Below are positions 62,305-64,000 of a DNA stretch of 64,000 nt, in pieces. The notes beneath the pieces are model-generated. The model was not told the origin of the DNA. It searched no databases and saw only the letters and a list, made by a program, of their open reading frames with translations. The stretch is from Albugo candida. Taxonomy: Eukaryota. The stretch is taken from the NCBI GenBank assembly GCA_040437565.1, contig JBDOQK010000039.1, positions 1 through 64,000 on the forward strand, in the 5' to 3' direction. Numbering within the stretch: position 1 is the stretch's first letter; each line of letters begins with the position of its first letter. A program made the position numbers and the translations under genes.

Positions 62305-64000
62305 CTACCTGGTAGCTTCCGCGCGTGTAGGCTGCATTTTCGCCATCAATTTTCGAGCAGCTCGAGGAAGCGCTGGAGAAAAGCCCGAGACGGATTCTTC
62401 TTTTTCTCTGGTCCGAGGTGTTTGATGCGATTCGAACGATTGTGAGACGATCAAGAACGCGATCCAGTTGAGAAGCACGATGAATGCCAGCACGAGAAAG
62501 ATATACTCGAGGTGGCCATCGTTGAGATTGCCGGGTATCCAGAATGAGAAAATGCTGTTGAGACCGCCACCGACAATGTATCCCAGAGAAGTCGTGAGAA
62601 GGTTTAAGGCTTGGCACACACTCCGCATGGATGGCGGAACTTCCGAATAGAAGAGGTCGTACGCTAAAAGCCACGTTCAGATGTGTTTCTACAGGAAAAG
62701 AGACGACAGCGTACCCGAAATACTTGTCAAAATCTCACCGATTCCGATCAAGAGATATTGCGGTGTTTGCCACCAAACGCTGATGGACGACATGAGAAGC
62801 GTTTCTCGGGATGCAGCACAATTGGACGAAATGTTGTCAACATAGCCTGCTTGCTTACGCGTGTATTCGATCCATGCAGCCATCGCCATTGCGAGAAATG
62901 AACAGAACAAACCTGCTCCAATTTTGCGCAACAGTGTCGGCTCCATTCCGATACCGTGGAGGAACGGGTACACAATCTTATCGAAAATCGGGATGAAGGC
63001 GAGAATGACACTCGAGTCCAAGATGGAAAGCATCGCTGATGATATGAGAGGCGCTGAAGAGGAAGTGGTTGAATCAAACCGTAGATCCATTTGACATCCT
63101 TGTAATACGAAATTGGAGCCTTGTTGCGCGTATACGGCCCAAAAGATGATTATGAAGCTCAGATATGGCGATAATCGCAACACTTGACCGACTGCGTTTA
63201 CTTGCTCGCTGCTGAAGGAACCTCCATTGTGGATAGTGGCAACCTGCAGCCACTTGACGGAATTCCCAGCGACAATGAATACAATCGCACCGTACATGAC
63301 CGAAGCGGCTCCAATTAAAGCCAATAGCACGTGTGTGGTTGGATGCGATACAAAATAAGACGCCGTTGTGAAGAGAATTCCTGGAAGAAATGCCAAGCCT
63401 GCAGTCAAAATAAGCATTCCCTGCTTTGATTTCGCTCCCGCTTGCAGTAAAATATCCACAAATTCTCCAATAGCGCTTCCCGATGGAGCCACACGACGAT
63501 ATCGCGATTTTCCTCCATAGAAAACCAAAAGTGCGACGCCAAAAATGATCGTTGGAAGCAGAAACGAGAAAAAGAAGCCAAATGTCTGCGGTATCACTGG
63601 CGGTATGCCATTTACAGCGATATTCGTCAGAATCCCATAACTAAATGTTGCGCCGATATTAATTGCCCAATAAAACCAATTGAAAAAACTCTCTTTTTCC
63701 TTCCGTTCCGATGCGATTTTCAGATCAAATTGATCGGCTCCTAAAACGACGACATTTGGTTTGATGCCACCAGCGCCGAATGCAACTCCCACAAATAATC
63801 CAAACATAAAAATCCAAAGCGCATTATTGGATTCGGACGGCCACGCGCCATAGACACACAGTAGCAGTCCGAATAGGTACACCGACGAGAAGAGAATAAT
63901 TCTAATAGAAACGATTATTGCATGCTGCTGTGATCGCTCGAGCGGCGACGTACGTGTAAAATCGACCCAAATGCCGATCCGCAATGTATGCGCCAAGCAG
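62305..64000 (-). CDS. Proton-dependent oligopeptide transporter (PTR/POT, MFS); 5' end outside the window
   Basis: LLGAYIADRHLGRFYT, GAGGIKPNVVVLGADQF, FFNWFYWAINIGA, WWQTPQYLLIGIGEIL, FYSEVPPSMRS, NLNDGHLEY. Confidence 0.95.

Overview
Eukaryotic chromosome end, almost certainly from an oomycete. Albugo-like is my inference from TTTAGGG-type telomere repeats, AA17-type LPMOs, an M96-family gene, IFT43, short GT-AG introns and very short intergenic distances. Bases 1-77 are telomeric repeats. Roughly 0.1-17 kb is a gene-sparse subtelomere holding three decayed Tc1/mariner-IS630-like DDE transposase pieces, two MULE (Mutator) deletion derivatives with long TIRs and 9-bp TSDs, an orphan MULE TIR and one small secreted Cys-rich PAN-domain gene. 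A histidine-phosphatase gene follows, then a tandem cluster of at least three secreted AA17-like lytic polysaccharide monooxygenases (18.9-25.1 kb). From 25.3 kb the window is gene-dense: TPR-Hsp70 fusion, mitochondrial Hsp60, APC transporter, a large acidic coiled-coil/UVR-motif protein with an 84-bp coding minisatellite, MRPL47, NAD-glutamate dehydrogenase, a CENP-B/pogo-derived HTH protein, an M96-family protein, IFT43, a Cys-less DUF866 protein, a bacterial-like DUF4091/GH123-related protein, a PTPMT1-like phosphatase, a BEACH protein and a partial PTR/POT transporter. Most 100-N gaps are flanked by duplicated sequence (assembly overlaps), which breaks several ORFs. The most notable items are the HOP-TPR1/Hsp70 fusion lacking EEVD, AA17 paralogs with a diverged catalytic domain but near-identical tail, repeated tepsin-like AP-4 ear-binding motifs in the coiled-coil protein, and the putative horizontally acquired GH123-like gene. 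All family calls come from motif recognition by eye, not database searches.
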